DNA from: Scenedesmus sp. PABB004
Lineage: Eukaryota
Direction: 5' to 3'
Length of the DNA stretch: 64,000 bases
Assembly (NCBI GenBank): GCA_014905635.1
Contig: CM026547.1
Location: 4,526,001-4,590,000, forward strand
Part shown: piece after piece, positions 37,437 to 48,993 of the stretch
Layout: the number at the start of each line of letters is the position of its first letter
Numbering within the stretch: position 1 is the first letter of the stretch
Made by a program: the position numbers and the translations under genes
The notes under the pieces: model-generated
Database searches by the model: none
What the model saw: only the letters and a program-made list of their open reading frames with translations
What the model was told of the DNA's origin: nothing

Positions 37437-40100
37437 ATGCAGCGCGCCCTGCGCGCGCATGCGGGGCGCGCCGCCGTCGCGGCGCCCGCGGCGCGGCCGG
37501 CGCGGCGCGCTGGCCTGGCGGCGCCGCCACGCGCCGTCGCGGCGCCCGCGGCGGGCGCGCGGCAGCCGCCGCGGCCGCCGGAGCTGCCGGGCCTGGGCCA
37601 CGCGCCGGCGATGGCGGCGTACCTGGCGCGCGGGCACAACTTTGAGGAGGTGCGCGCGCGCCCCGGGGGCGAGGGGCGAGCAAGGTTGGCCGTGCGCAGG
37701 CGTGGCGCGGCGGCCGCGCCACCGCGTGCGAGCGGCGGCCCCCGCGCGCGCCGCCGCAGCTGCTCGTCAAGTGGCACGCCGAGCTCGGCGATTACTTTGA
37801 GTTCCAGGTCCCCGGCAGCCCGCCCGTGCTGTGCGTGTGCGACCCGGACGCCGTGCGCGAGGTGTTTGAGGTCCGCCAGTGGCACAAGTCGCCGCGCTAC
37901 GCAGACCTGCTGCCCCTGCTGGGCGCGCAGTCCATGGTCACGAGCGAGGGCCACGCGTGGCGGCGGCAGCGCGACGCCTTCAACCCGGGGTTCTCCGCCG
38001 CGTTCCTCAAGGTGAGGGCGAGCGTGGCGGAACGCCAGAGGAACGCGCGAGGAACGCTTCGGCCCCGCTCCTGCCGGGCTGCTGGGGCTGGGACGCGCCC
38101 ACGCACAGCCAGCCGGCGGGCGCAGCAGCAGCGCGCGCCCCTGACCTGACCCCGCGCGCTCCCGCCTGTCTTCCTCTCCTCGCTCCCCCCCTCCCTCCCC
38201 CGCCCCGCCCCGCCCAGGCCGCGCTCCCCGGCTTCCTGGCCGCGACGCGGCACCTCGTCGGCGTGCTCGATGCCGCGGCGGCGCGGGGTGAGGTGGTCAA
38301 GGCGCACGAGCTGTTTGTGCTCACGACGCTGGAAGTTATCTGCAAGGTGCGAGCTGGGCGCCGCGCCGCCGCGCCGCGCCGCGCGCGCGCAGGGGCCCCG
38401 CGCCGCCCGCCACCGCGAGGGCCGCCGCAGCGCCGCCGGCCGGCCGGCAGCTGCTGCAGCGCGAGCGCGCACGTCCCAAAGCTCAACACCCAAACGTCCG
38501 GCGCCGCCGGCCCCGCCGCCATCGCCCCCGACCTGTCAGGTGGGGTTTGGCGAGGACGTCGACTTCCTCACGGCGGGGCGCTCGGGCAAGCTGTGGTCGG
38601 CGTTTGAAGGCCTCGGCCGCCACGTCGCCTGGTTTCTCGACAACATCCCCTTCAACTGGCTGAAGTCGCTGCCCCACAACGTGGCCAAGACCGCGGCGCT
38701 GCAGGCGCAGCTCGACGCGGAGCTCACGGCTATCCTGACCAAGCGCCTCGCAGACATGGGCGTGCCCGCGGACGGACCCAGCGCCATGGGCGGCGCCGGC
38801 GCGGGCGGCGCGGGCGGCGGGGCCAAGTGCCCCGTGCCCGGCGTCGGCGCGGGCGCGCCGCCAATGCCGGGCGCGGCCGCCAGCGCGGCCGGCGGCGCGG
38901 CCGAGTGCCCGTTTGCGGGCGCCGCCGCGGGCGGCGCCGTGGAGCAGGAGCAGCAGGAGCAGCAGCAGCAGCAGCTGCTCGGCGGCAGCCGCGACATCCT
39001 GAGCCTCGCCGTGTCGCTGAGCCAGCAGGAGGGCGGGGCCCTGGACCGCGAGATGCTGCTCAGCCAGATGAAGACGTTCTTCGCGGCCGGGCACGACACA
39101 ACAGCTAGCTTGCTCGGCTGGACCATGTACTTTCTTTGCCTCAACCCTGCGGTCGAGGCGCGGCTCACCGCCGAGGTGCGGGGAGCGGGAGGCGAGGGAG
39201 GTCGAGTTGTTGGCGCCGCGCTGCGCCGACGCGCCGCACCGACGCCCTGCCGACGCGGCCCGCACGGCGCCGCGCGCGCAGATCGCCGAGGTGATGGGCC
39301 CCGCCGCAGAGCCGACGTACGAGCAGCTGGGGGAGATGCGGTACCTCAACGCGGTGCTCAAGGTGCGGCACGGCGCGGCGGGGGGCACTGCCGGGGGCGG
39401 CGCAGTGCCGGCACCGCGCGGCAGGCCGCTGCACGCGGGCTCCCCGCGCGAGCGCGCGCGCGGCTGCACGCGCGCGGCCTCCTCGCGCGCCTGGTCACGC
39501 CCGCCACCGCCGCGTCCGCGGCCGCCGGCGCGGCGTGCGACAGGAGAGCCTGCGCGTGCGGCCGCCGGTGGGGGTGCTGGCGCGCTGGGGCCCCGAGGGG
39601 TCGACCCTCGCTGGCTTCGACACGAGCAAAAAGGCGCGGCGGCGCGGCGGCGGCCGCGCGCGGCGCGGCGGCGGGCGGGCGCTGCGGGTGGTGGTGGGCC
39701 TCCGCGCCCCGCCCCCGCGCCGACGCCGCACCATCGCTGCCGCCCCACACACCAGGTGCTGCTGGTCTCGCCGTTTGTGCAGCACACCGACGCCGCGCGC
39801 TGGGGCGCCGACGCGGGGACGTTCCGCCCCGAGCGCTGGCTCGGCGGCGCCGACGCCGGCGCTGACGACGGCGCGCCCGGCGGCGGGCCGCACCCTTACT
39901 CCTACCTTCCCTTCTCGCGCGGCCCGCGCGACTGCATCGGCGCGCGCTTCGCGCTGCTCGAGGCCAAGACCATCCTCGCGGTGCTGCTGCGGCGCTTCAC
40001 GTTTGAGTTCGCGGGGGAGGGGCCCGAGGAAGTGATGATGTCGGTCACTGCCCACCCGCGGCACGGCGTGCCGCTGCGCGTGCGCGTCGCGGGAGGGTGA
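37437..40100 (+). CDS. Cytochrome P450, probably plastid-targeted (family not assigned)
   Basis: WRRQR (C-helix), FFAAGHDTT (I-helix), KESLR (ExxR), [17 protein letters not shown] (haem). Ala/Arg-rich N-terminus without a TM anchor. Confidence 0.93.
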
Positions 40101-40622
40101 GGCGGCGGCCGCGCGGCGGCGGAGAGGCGGCGCGTGACGGGCGGGGCGGCGGCGCAGGGTGAGGAGGGCACGGGCGGAGAGGCGGCGCATGTTGAGCGGG
40201 GCGGCGGCGCGCGGCGGCGGTACGGTGAGTGACCGCGCGCGGTCACGCGCTTGACAACGGCGGCGGCCGCCGGTGACGCCGCTCCCGGATGGCTGATCCT
40301 CGTCTCCTCGGCAAGCTCGGAGCCACGGCAAGCGCGGGGAGGTGCGGGCTGGCGTGCTCGGCAACGACTGCTAGGAGGTTGAGGGCGGCAAAAAAAAGAC
40401 CCCTAGGGTCACCAGGCCGCCGCGGTGTGGGGCAGCGCCCGCGCCCCGCCGGCCCGCCCATTCGGTCGCGCTCAACTAGGCGGGGGGGCTGGACGGCTCG
40501 CGCAGCACCCGGCCCGGCCCGGGCCGCCGAGCGGCCGCCCCGCACTCCCGGCCACGCCTCGCGCGGCCACGCGGCAGGGAGCGCAGCGGCGCAATAGGCA
40601 ACCCTCAACCAGCCGCAGCATA

Positions 40623-42233
40623 ATGCAGGCGCCTGGGGAGGTATGGACGCCTGGAGGCGGGGAAGTGCTGAGCGAACTCCTTCAGCGCCCGCCCCCGCGG
40701 CGCCCGCCGGCCAAGGCGGAGCGCTGCTGCCTGGTGCGTCGCGCGGCCGCGAGCCCCTCGCGCGCCCGCACGGCCGCCCAGCGCCGCAGCCAAGGGCGCA
40801 GCCGCCGCGCTCACGCGCCGGGCTGCCACACCCGCGCCCTGCCCTCTCGTCCGTCGCAGGCCGACGGCTGCGACGCGCGGCTGCCTCGCAACCCCTACAA
40901 TCTGCGCCACGGCGCCTGCAGGGCGCACCTGGCGGCGATGGTCGTGCGCGTGCGCGGCGCGCTCGTGCGCTTCTGCCAGAAGTGCGGCCGCTGGCAGGGC
41001 CTTGACGAGTTTGACGGCACCAAGCGGTGAGCGCTGGCCGAGGCCGACGGCCCCACCCAGCGCGCGCCCGCACCACCAGCGCCCCGCCGCACGCACGCGC
41101 ACGCCGCGCCGGCGACGACCCCGCCGCCCGCCTGCCGCCGCCGCGCGCGCGCGCGCAGGAGCTGCCGCACCAGCCTCGCGCAGCACAACGCGGCGCGCCG
41201 CGAGCGCAGGCAGCAGGCGCACGAGGAGGAGCTGCAGCGCGCCATCGCCGCCGCCGCGCCCAGACCCGTGCGCAGCGCCAAGCCCGAGCCCGAGCTCGCT
41301 GGCGCGCGCGCGGAGCGGCAGCCGCGCACCGCCGGCAGCGATGCGAGCTGGAGCCTGGAGTCAAGCTGGGGCCTCAAGCTTCTGCCGCCGAGCCCCGACC
41401 CGGGCAGCGACGGCAGCGCGCACACCCCGCTCGGCACGCCGGGCGTCGGTCAGGCGATGTGGGGCGCTGCGCCGGGGCGCGCGCCCGAGCGCCAGCCGGC
41501 GGGCTCGCCGCCCGTGCCCCCTGCGCGCGAGCAGGCCAGGCCGCGCGTGTGGGCGGGCGGCGGCGCGGCGGGCCTGGTTGACGTGCGGGGCTGCCAGCCG
41601 GCGCAGTGGGCCGTCGGCGGCGTCGGCGGCGTCGGCGTGCCCGCCGCGTCTGCTCCGAGCTGCCCCTGGGCGCTGCCGCTGCCCTCGCCCGCGCAGCCGG
41701 GCCTGGCGGCGGCGGGCGGGCTCCCGCCGGGCCCTGGCGCCCCGCACACGCTGGCGCCGGCCGCCTGGGCCGCCGCCGGCGCCGCCGCGCCCGCGGTGGT
41801 GCAGCCCGGCGCGGTGCTCGAAGAGGCCCTGATCTGCCTCCTGGACGAGGAGCTCGGCCTCCTGGAGACTGGGACCGCGGCGACGGGCGCGGCACCCCCG
41901 CGCGGCGCGCTGGCCCCGGCCGCGAGCGCCGTCGGCGCGGCGCCGCTGCGCTGCGCGCCGTGGCTCGCCAGCCCGGCGGCGCCGCCGGCGCCGGCGGCGC
42001 GCACCGCGCGCTGCGAGGCGCTGGCGGTCTCCGGCTTCCCTTGCCAGCCAACCTTGGACCAGTTTGATGCGACCTTTAACGCGGCCTTTGGGGCCGACAC
42101 GCTGCCCTCCGGCACGCCCCCGGCCGACCTGTCGGCAGGGCTGGAGTGGCTGCTGCCGCCGCCGCACGACGGGCGCGCCCTGTCCGGACACCACGCCGGC
42201 AGCGGCGGCGCCCTGTGGCTGCTGGACGCGTGA
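40623..42233 (+). CDS. SBP-domain transcription factor
   Basis: [48 protein letters not shown]. Low-complexity C-terminus. Confidence 0.85.
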
Positions 42234-43175
42234 GCATGGACGCGGGCAGCACACCGCCGCACTGCGCTTTCAGAGGGACGTCGTGCGCCTGCACGTGCGA
42301 TGACGACGATGCTAGGTGATGATCACGCATGCCGCACGCGCGCGCGTGCAGCCAGAGCGTGCAGCAAGAGCTGCACGCGCAGACCGGTTCCACTGGGCCG
42401 GCGGGACAAGAAGTGCGCTCACAAAAGTGGCGCACGTGGGTGTGTGTATGCGGGCGTGGCAGGAGCGAGGGGAGAGCACACTCGGCACGTTATCCATGTC
42501 TGTGTGGCTCGCCGCGGCCGGTGTGTGCGCGCCGCCGCGGCCGGTGTGTGTGTGCGTGCGCGCGTGAGCGCCGAGCTGGTCATCATGCAGGCTGACCAGG
42601 GCTTCCTTGCAGGAATACCCAGCAGGAATACAACTGGCGACTCGTCATATCTGTCGTTGGGTCACAGCAGACAGCACGGGCGTGCCAATCTAACTTCCGG
42701 TAGCCGCTACTGGCGATTTGTCTGTTTGAGGAATGCTTTTCCCACCCTCTCAACGGGTGGTCGTGGCAGACCGAGTTGGCCCAGGGCATGAGCGGCAGGC
42801 AAGGAGTGAGGGGCGCCGGCAGCACGCGCATGCGCTGACCGCAGCGCGCGGGCAGCTAGGGAGCTAGGGAGATAGGGAGCTGGGTGCACGCGGAGGGGTG
42901 TGTGGAGTGGAGTCCGGATCTGTGCACGCTCAAACTTGCTCGGCGGCGATCGCGCCGCTCGCCCCTGCCACTATGCTACGCTGCCGGCGAGACATTCACT
43001 TTCTCAATCGCTTCGCTTCATTGCACAACGCATGCCGGGGATCGATCGACGGTGGCGCCACCGGTGTGTGAGCTGAGCAGCTCTGAAGCAGGGGCGGTCT
43101 GGGTTTGAGGTTCAATGAACATCGCGCACGGAGGCCCGGGCCGCGGCAGCGCGCCATGGGTCAGGGTCAGTCGGG

Positions 43176-46100
43176 TTAACAGTCTGCGCTCTCCTCCCTC
43201 CGCGCGTCACCGGAACCGCCGAGACGCGGCAGCGCTGCTGGTCGCAGTGCCGCCAGCCCCCACGGCGCCGCCGAGCGCCCTGCCTGCTGCGCCGCCGCCC
43301 GGCGCAAGCGACCTGCTGCTCCCGGGGGCGCCGCCGCCGCTGAGCGCCTTGGCCGGCGGCGCGGCGGCGCCGTGCGGTGCGCCGCCCCCCGGCCTGCCCC
43401 CGCCGGCCTTGACCGCGGCATCGCCGCCCAGCCGCAGCGCCGCCGCCGTGGCGAGCGAGCCGGGCGCGCCCGCCCGCACGGCGCCTGGGCCCCGCTCGCG
43501 CCGACGCCCGCGAGCCCGGCGCCGCCCAGGCGCGACGCGCCCAGCAGGGTCGCGGTTGCCGCGGCGGCCGCGCTCGGGCTGCTGGCGTCGCCGCCGGGCC
43601 TGCAGCCCGGCGCGGCCGCCTTGGGTGAGCTGGCGAGCGCGGGCAGCCGCAGCGCGAGCAGGCCCGAGCCGGTCGGCGACTGCGCGGGGGCTGCGCCGCC
43701 CAGGCCCCCGCCGCCGCCCGGCTTTGGTGTCGCGCAGCCCGCCGCCGCGCTGCCAGAGGCCGTGCAGCTGGGCGCGTGGCGTGGCGAGCTCGCGCCGCCG
43801 CTGGGAGCGCACGCGCCAGCCCTGCCCGCCGCCGGCCGCGCCCCCGCGGCGGCCGCCGGCGTCCGTATCGAAAGGCCCGAACTGCCGCCGCTCCCGCTGC
43901 TGCCGCCGCCGCCCCCGCTGCTGCCGCTCCCGCTGCTGCCCGGGCTGGCGCCGCCGGTGGCGCCGCTGCCGGCCCGCCGCTCGTGCGGCCAGGCGCCGCC
44001 GCCGCGCGCGCCGCCCTCGACCGCCGGGCCCGCCGCGCCCCGGCTGTTGTTCTTCCGCAGCTGCCCCCCGCGGCCGCCCGGGCTGGCGTCCGGCGCCAGC
44101 CCGGGCACGCGCCTGCCCTTCCGCTCGGGGCCGCCCGCGCACCACTCGATGCGCAGCCTGGGAAGGGACGCGGCGGCGGCCGGAGTTTGTGGTGGGCAGG
44201 GCGGCGGCAGCCCGGCGACCCGGCGCCGCGGGCCCCGCCGCGCGGCCGCACCGCTCCAGCTCCTCCGCCGCGAGGCCGAGCTCCGCCTCGCCCTCCTCCT
44301 TGGCGCGGTCGGCCGCCTCAAAGCCCGCGCCGCCGTGCGGCGGCGCGCCGCCCTCGAGCAGCCCGCCGCCGCCGATGACGCGCAGCGGCGTGCGCTTGAA
44401 GGCCTCGTGCACGCCCCGCGCGCCGGCCGAGACGTCGCGGTCGTTGTCGGTCATCAGCGCGCTCATCACGCCGTTGAGCGCCTCCTGCCGCGGCAGCGGG
44501 GCCGGGCGGCGGCGCCCCGCACGCGGGCGGCGGGTGAGCGCGCGGGTGAGCGTGGACGCTGCCAGCTGGACCCCGGGCGCGCGCGCTGCGCGCGCTGCGC
44601 GCGCTGCGCCTGCTGCGCCTGCTGCGCCTGCTGCGCCTGCTGCGCTGCCCTGCCCGCCGCCCCGCGTGGCGCACCAGGCGCTCCACGTCCTCAGGCAGGC
44701 GGATCGTCTGCTTCAGCGCCGGCAGCAGCCCCAGCGCCGTGAGGCGCACGTTGGGCACGCCGTCGGCGAGGAGGGCGAGCACATACTCCAGCAGGTGCTC
44801 CTTCACCCAGCGCGCGCTGAAGACGGGCAGCCACGCGGCGACGAGCTGCACAAACGCGAGCCGCGCCCAGCAGCTGCGCCCCCACGCCAGCTCGCGCACG
44901 ACGCGGCAGTACAGCTCCGTGCGCGGCCGCTCGCGCGGGCAGCCGCGCAGCAGGTGCGCCAGCCCCGCGGCGGCGGCGGGCTTGACCGCGGCGGCGCCTG
45001 CGGCGGCGGCGCGACCGACGCGCGCGGCAGGGACGGCGGCGCTCGGCGCTGCGCGTGCCGGCGCGCCTGCGCCGCGCCAGCCCCGCCGGGCTGCCCCAGG
45101 CCTCCCCAGGGGGGCGCCGCACCGGTCAGCAGCAGCTCCAGCGCCCACGGCGCCCACACGTCGGCGAGCACCTCCGGGCTCAGCAGCGCGGGTAGCGCCG
45201 GCAGCGCGCCCGCGAGCGCGGCGACCCCGCGCCAGTTGTGCGCCAGCCCGCCCGCCGCTGCGAGCAGCGCGGCGTGCACGTCGGCGGCGATGCCGTCCCG
45301 GTGCAGGTCGTCCGCGCCCGCCAGCGCGCGCAGCGTCTGCCCCAGCCCCGGCAGCAGCGCCTCGCGCACGCCGGGCGCGGGGTCGCGCAGCAGCGCGACC
45401 AGCGGCCGCCGCAGCAGGCGCGCCGCGTCGGCGGGCGCGGTGCAGGCCGCCACCGCGTGCAGCTGCGCGGCAATGGCGCCGCGCACCTGCGGCGGCACGC
45501 GGCGGGGGTCGCGCGCGTGCACGCGCGCGCGCGCGCGCCGAGCCCGGCCGCCGGCCAGCCGCCCGCCGCAGCGCGCACGGGCGGGGCGCGCCTGCTCGTC
45601 GTGGTCCGCCGCGAGGTCGGCCCACGTGTCGTGCAGGTACGTGGCGCTGCTGCCGGGCAGCGGCGCGGCCATGAGCGCGGGCAGGCAGCCCGTGCACAGC
45701 CGCCGCAGCTCCACGTCCGAGCGCGCCGCAAGGTGCCTGCGGCGCGGCCGCGACGTGGTCGTGAGCGAGCACGGACCCGGGTTGGCCTGCAGCCCGGCGC
45801 GCACGTGCCAGCCGCCGCGCGGGCGCGCGTGTCCGACCTGAAGCAGCCATACAGCAGCCCCGCGTCCGGCGCCTCCAGGCAGTCGCGAATCTGCGGCGCG
45901 GCCGCAGCGCAGCGCTCGGCGCGCGGCGCCCCGGCCCGGCCGCGCCACGCCGCCGCCCTTGCGCCACGCGCCGCGCGCCGCACCGAGGCGAGGAGCTGCG
46001 GGAACGCGACCGCCAGCGCGCGCTGCAGCGGCAGGTCGAGCTCCAGCGGCTGCATGTGCCGCCGCACGAGGGGCAGCAGGTGCGCGGCGCGCGCGTCGCG

Positions 46101-47483
46101 CGGGAGCAGCCCGCACAGCGCCACGAGGCCGGAGAGGCCAGCCACGCGCACCTGCGGCGGCGGCTCGGAGCGGCAGCGCTGCCTGGCCGTCCGCCGCTCC
46201 GCGCGCCGCCGTCCGCCGCCGCCGCCGTCCGCGCGCGGCGCGCACGCCCCTGCCACGTCGGCCGCCTGAGCACCCAGCAGGCAGCCGGCCAGCCCACCTG
46301 CACCTCATCGTCCTCCAGCAGCTCCCGCAGCTCCGGCAGCAGCTGCGCCAGCGTCTCGGCGGCGCCGAGCGCGCGCGCGAGCGCCGGCAGCTGCGCCGCC
46401 GCGGCGATTCGGACAAGGTAGTCTGTGTCCTGGCACGCGCCGAGCAGCGTGGCCGTGAAGCACGCGCCGACCTCGGCGACCGGCTGCGGCAGGGGCGGCG
46501 GGCGGGCGGGCGGGCGAGCGGGCCGGGGGGCAGACGGGCGGGGCGGCTCAGCGGGCAGCGGTGAGTGGCCCTCGGCCGCCTGCTGCAAGGGTCGCGGCCG
46601 CCGCCGAGCGCCGGGGCGGCGCCGGGGCCCCCACCAGGTGCGGGACCATGCCGCCCAGCAGCCTGACGCTCCTCACGCGGCTCGCGACGGGCTCGTCGAC
46701 CTGGCCCTGTGCCAGCGCGAGCGGCAGCACCACCTCCAGCAGCGCCGGCGCCGGCAGCGCGCCCAGCATCTCCAGCAGCAGCGCCAGCCAGGGCTCCGCG
46801 TCCTGCCGCGGCACCGGCGCAGCGGGGCGCGCGCTCGAGCGCAGCGCCGGCGGGCCGGCCGCGCCGGTGCCGCGCGTGGCGCCGTCGCGCACCTCCTCGT
46901 CGCGCGCGTCCCGGCGCACGCGCTCGACCGCCAGCGGCAGCAGGCACTCGGCGACGTCGCCCGGCGACAGCGACCGCGCCGCCACCGCCGCGGACAGCGC
47001 GCCGGCCGCGGCGGCTTGCGTCTCCGGCTCCAGCCGCGGCAGCGTCGACAGCAGCACCGCCTGCACCGCCTCCCAGCCGCCGCGGCCGCGCGCCTTGAGC
47101 AGCGCCGGCAGGCTGCGGGGGCGCGCGGCGCGCGCCGTGCGTGGGCTGCCGCCGGCGGCGCGCGGCGCTGCCGGCGGCGCTGCCGCTGCCCCCGCGCCGC
47201 GCGCCGCCCACCTCTCCACGGCGCGCGCCTGCTGCACGGCGTGGCCGCCGGCAAGGAAGAGGTTGACGCGCTCCGCGTCGCTCAGGTGCTCCGCGACCTG
47301 CGCGCCGCTGCGCGGTCAATCGCCGCCGGGCGCGGCGCACGGCGCGTGGCGCCCCGGCGGGTCGCGCAGGACGCGCACCGTGAAGCGCGCGACCTCCTCC
47401 TCGGGCTTCAGGCCCTGCGGCGCCTCCCGCGCGTCGAGCGGCAGGTCCTCGAACAGCAGCAGCGCCTCCTGGTGGTGCTCCAT
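43176..47483 (-). CDS. HEAT-repeat protein, PP4 regulatory subunit 4/1-like
   Basis: HEAT units CQDTDYLVR, LLEDDEVQVR, LAADHDEQVR, LLRDPAPGVR, LLADGVPNVR, LMTDNDRDVS. N-terminal LKPEEEVARFTVAEHLSDAERV. Disordered tail. Confidence 0.78.
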
Positions 47484-47817
47484 GGCGCCGGTCGTCCGTC
47501 CGCGCGACCGCTCTAGCTGTCCCCTGGCGGCGCTCTCGCACCAGCCCGCTGGGGGCGCCCCGAGCGCGCCATGCGGCCTGTCGCAGCGGCGCGCCCTGCA
47601 GCGGCGCGGCGCGGGGCGTGGGCGCGGCAGACACCGCGCGCAGACGTCCGACACGAGATCCCCGGGGAAGCTGGCGCCGAGGGCAGTCGCGCTGGAGCGG
47701 GGCGGGGTCACACGCGGGCTCACGCGCTGGCTGCTCGGCTGCCCGCCGCGCGCGCTCAGTGCCGGCGGCCAAGCGCGGGCCGGCTCGTTGCTGATGTCCG
47801 CGTTACACATGACAGCC

Positions 47818-48601
47818 TCACACACCGCCATCGTCGCCCGGAACGGTCGCAGGTGCCTCCTCGGCGCCGTACTCCTCGGGCGCGCCCTGCTCGCTGCCGT
47901 CGTCGGCCGGCTCGGCGCCGCCCGCGCCCGCGCCGCCGACGGCCGCCAGCGCCGCCTCGAGCTCGCCCTGGTCGCCGGCGCTGCCGTCCTGCTCGGGCGC
48001 GCCCTGCTCGCTGCCGTCATCGGCCGGCTCGGCGCCGCCCGCGCCGCCGAGGGCCGCCAGCGCCGCCTCGAGCTCGCCCTGGTAGTCGGCGCTGCCGTCC
48101 TGCTCGGGCGCGCCCTGCTCGCTGCTGCCGTCATCGACCGGCTCGGCGCCGCCCGCGCCGCCGAGGGCCGCCAGCGCCGCCTCGAGCTCGCCCTGGTCGC
48201 CGGCGCTGCCGTCCTGCTCGGGCGCGCCCTGCTCGCTGCCGTCATCGACCGGCTCGGCGCCGCCCGCGCCGCCGACGGCCGCCAGCGCCGCCTCGAGCTC
48301 GCTGCCGTCGGCGTACCCGCCGTCTTGACCAACGTCGCCAGCCAGCTCCTGCACGCCCATCGCGCCCGCCGGCAGCTCGCCCAGCGGCGCCTCGTCGTCA
48401 GCCGGCACGCCTGCGGCGGTGGTGCGGCGCGTGAGCGGCAGCGGCGCTGCGGCGGCAGCTCGCGGCGGCGGCGGCCTTTGTCGTCGTCACACCTGCGGCC
48501 GGCTGCGCACTGGGGCCGCGGAGCAGCCGTGCACCGTGGGCACAGCTCAAGAGGGCCAGCAAGACCACCACCAGCACCGGCAGCTGCACGTGGCGCGGCA
48601 T
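47818..48601 (-). CDS. Secreted acidic tandem-repeat protein (2 exons: 48601-48493, 48410-47818)
   Basis: Signal peptide MPRHVQLPVLVVVLLALLSCAHG followed by ARLLRG. GT-AG intron in phase. Four ~37-aa repeats. TGTAA just after the stop. Confidence 0.8.
47872..48300 (-). repeat. Coding tandem repeat, 4 x ~111 bp
   Basis: Unit ELEAALAA(V/L)GGAGGAEP(V/A)DDGSEQGAPEQDGSAGDQG. All indels between copies are multiples of 3. Confidence 0.92.
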
Positions 48602-48993
48602 GGTGGTGTCGGCGAGTGATGGACCGCCCGCGACCGGCGCGATGGAGCGCGTGGAGCGTGCAGGCTGCTGTCGGGGCGGGCCGGCGGGGCTGCGCTCGTT
48701 ATCGATCTGGCGGCGAGCGGGGGGCTTTGTGCGCGCGGCGGAGACCGGCTTCTCTTCAGCGGCCCTTCCCGCCCGACCAGCTGCCGGCGCCCTCGCCGCG
48801 CGCTCGTCCGTCTCGGCGCGCGCCGTGGGCGCGTGGCGGCGGCGTCTGCGATCGCTGCTGGTGCCGGCGCCGGTGCCGCCAGCGGCCGGTGCTGCCGCCG
48901 CCCCCGAGACCGAGAGCCGCAGGTTACCCCCGCGCCGCCAGCCGCAGCGGCGGCCCGCCGCCGTGCGCGGGCGCGGCGCGCACGCGTGCCACG

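Noticed and set aside
44579..44648. Short intronic tandem repeats (9-bp units here and ~53470; 15-bp units ~9115 and ~49290) as mobile-element ends
   Set aside because: Simple slippage repeats with no TIR, TSD or transposase.
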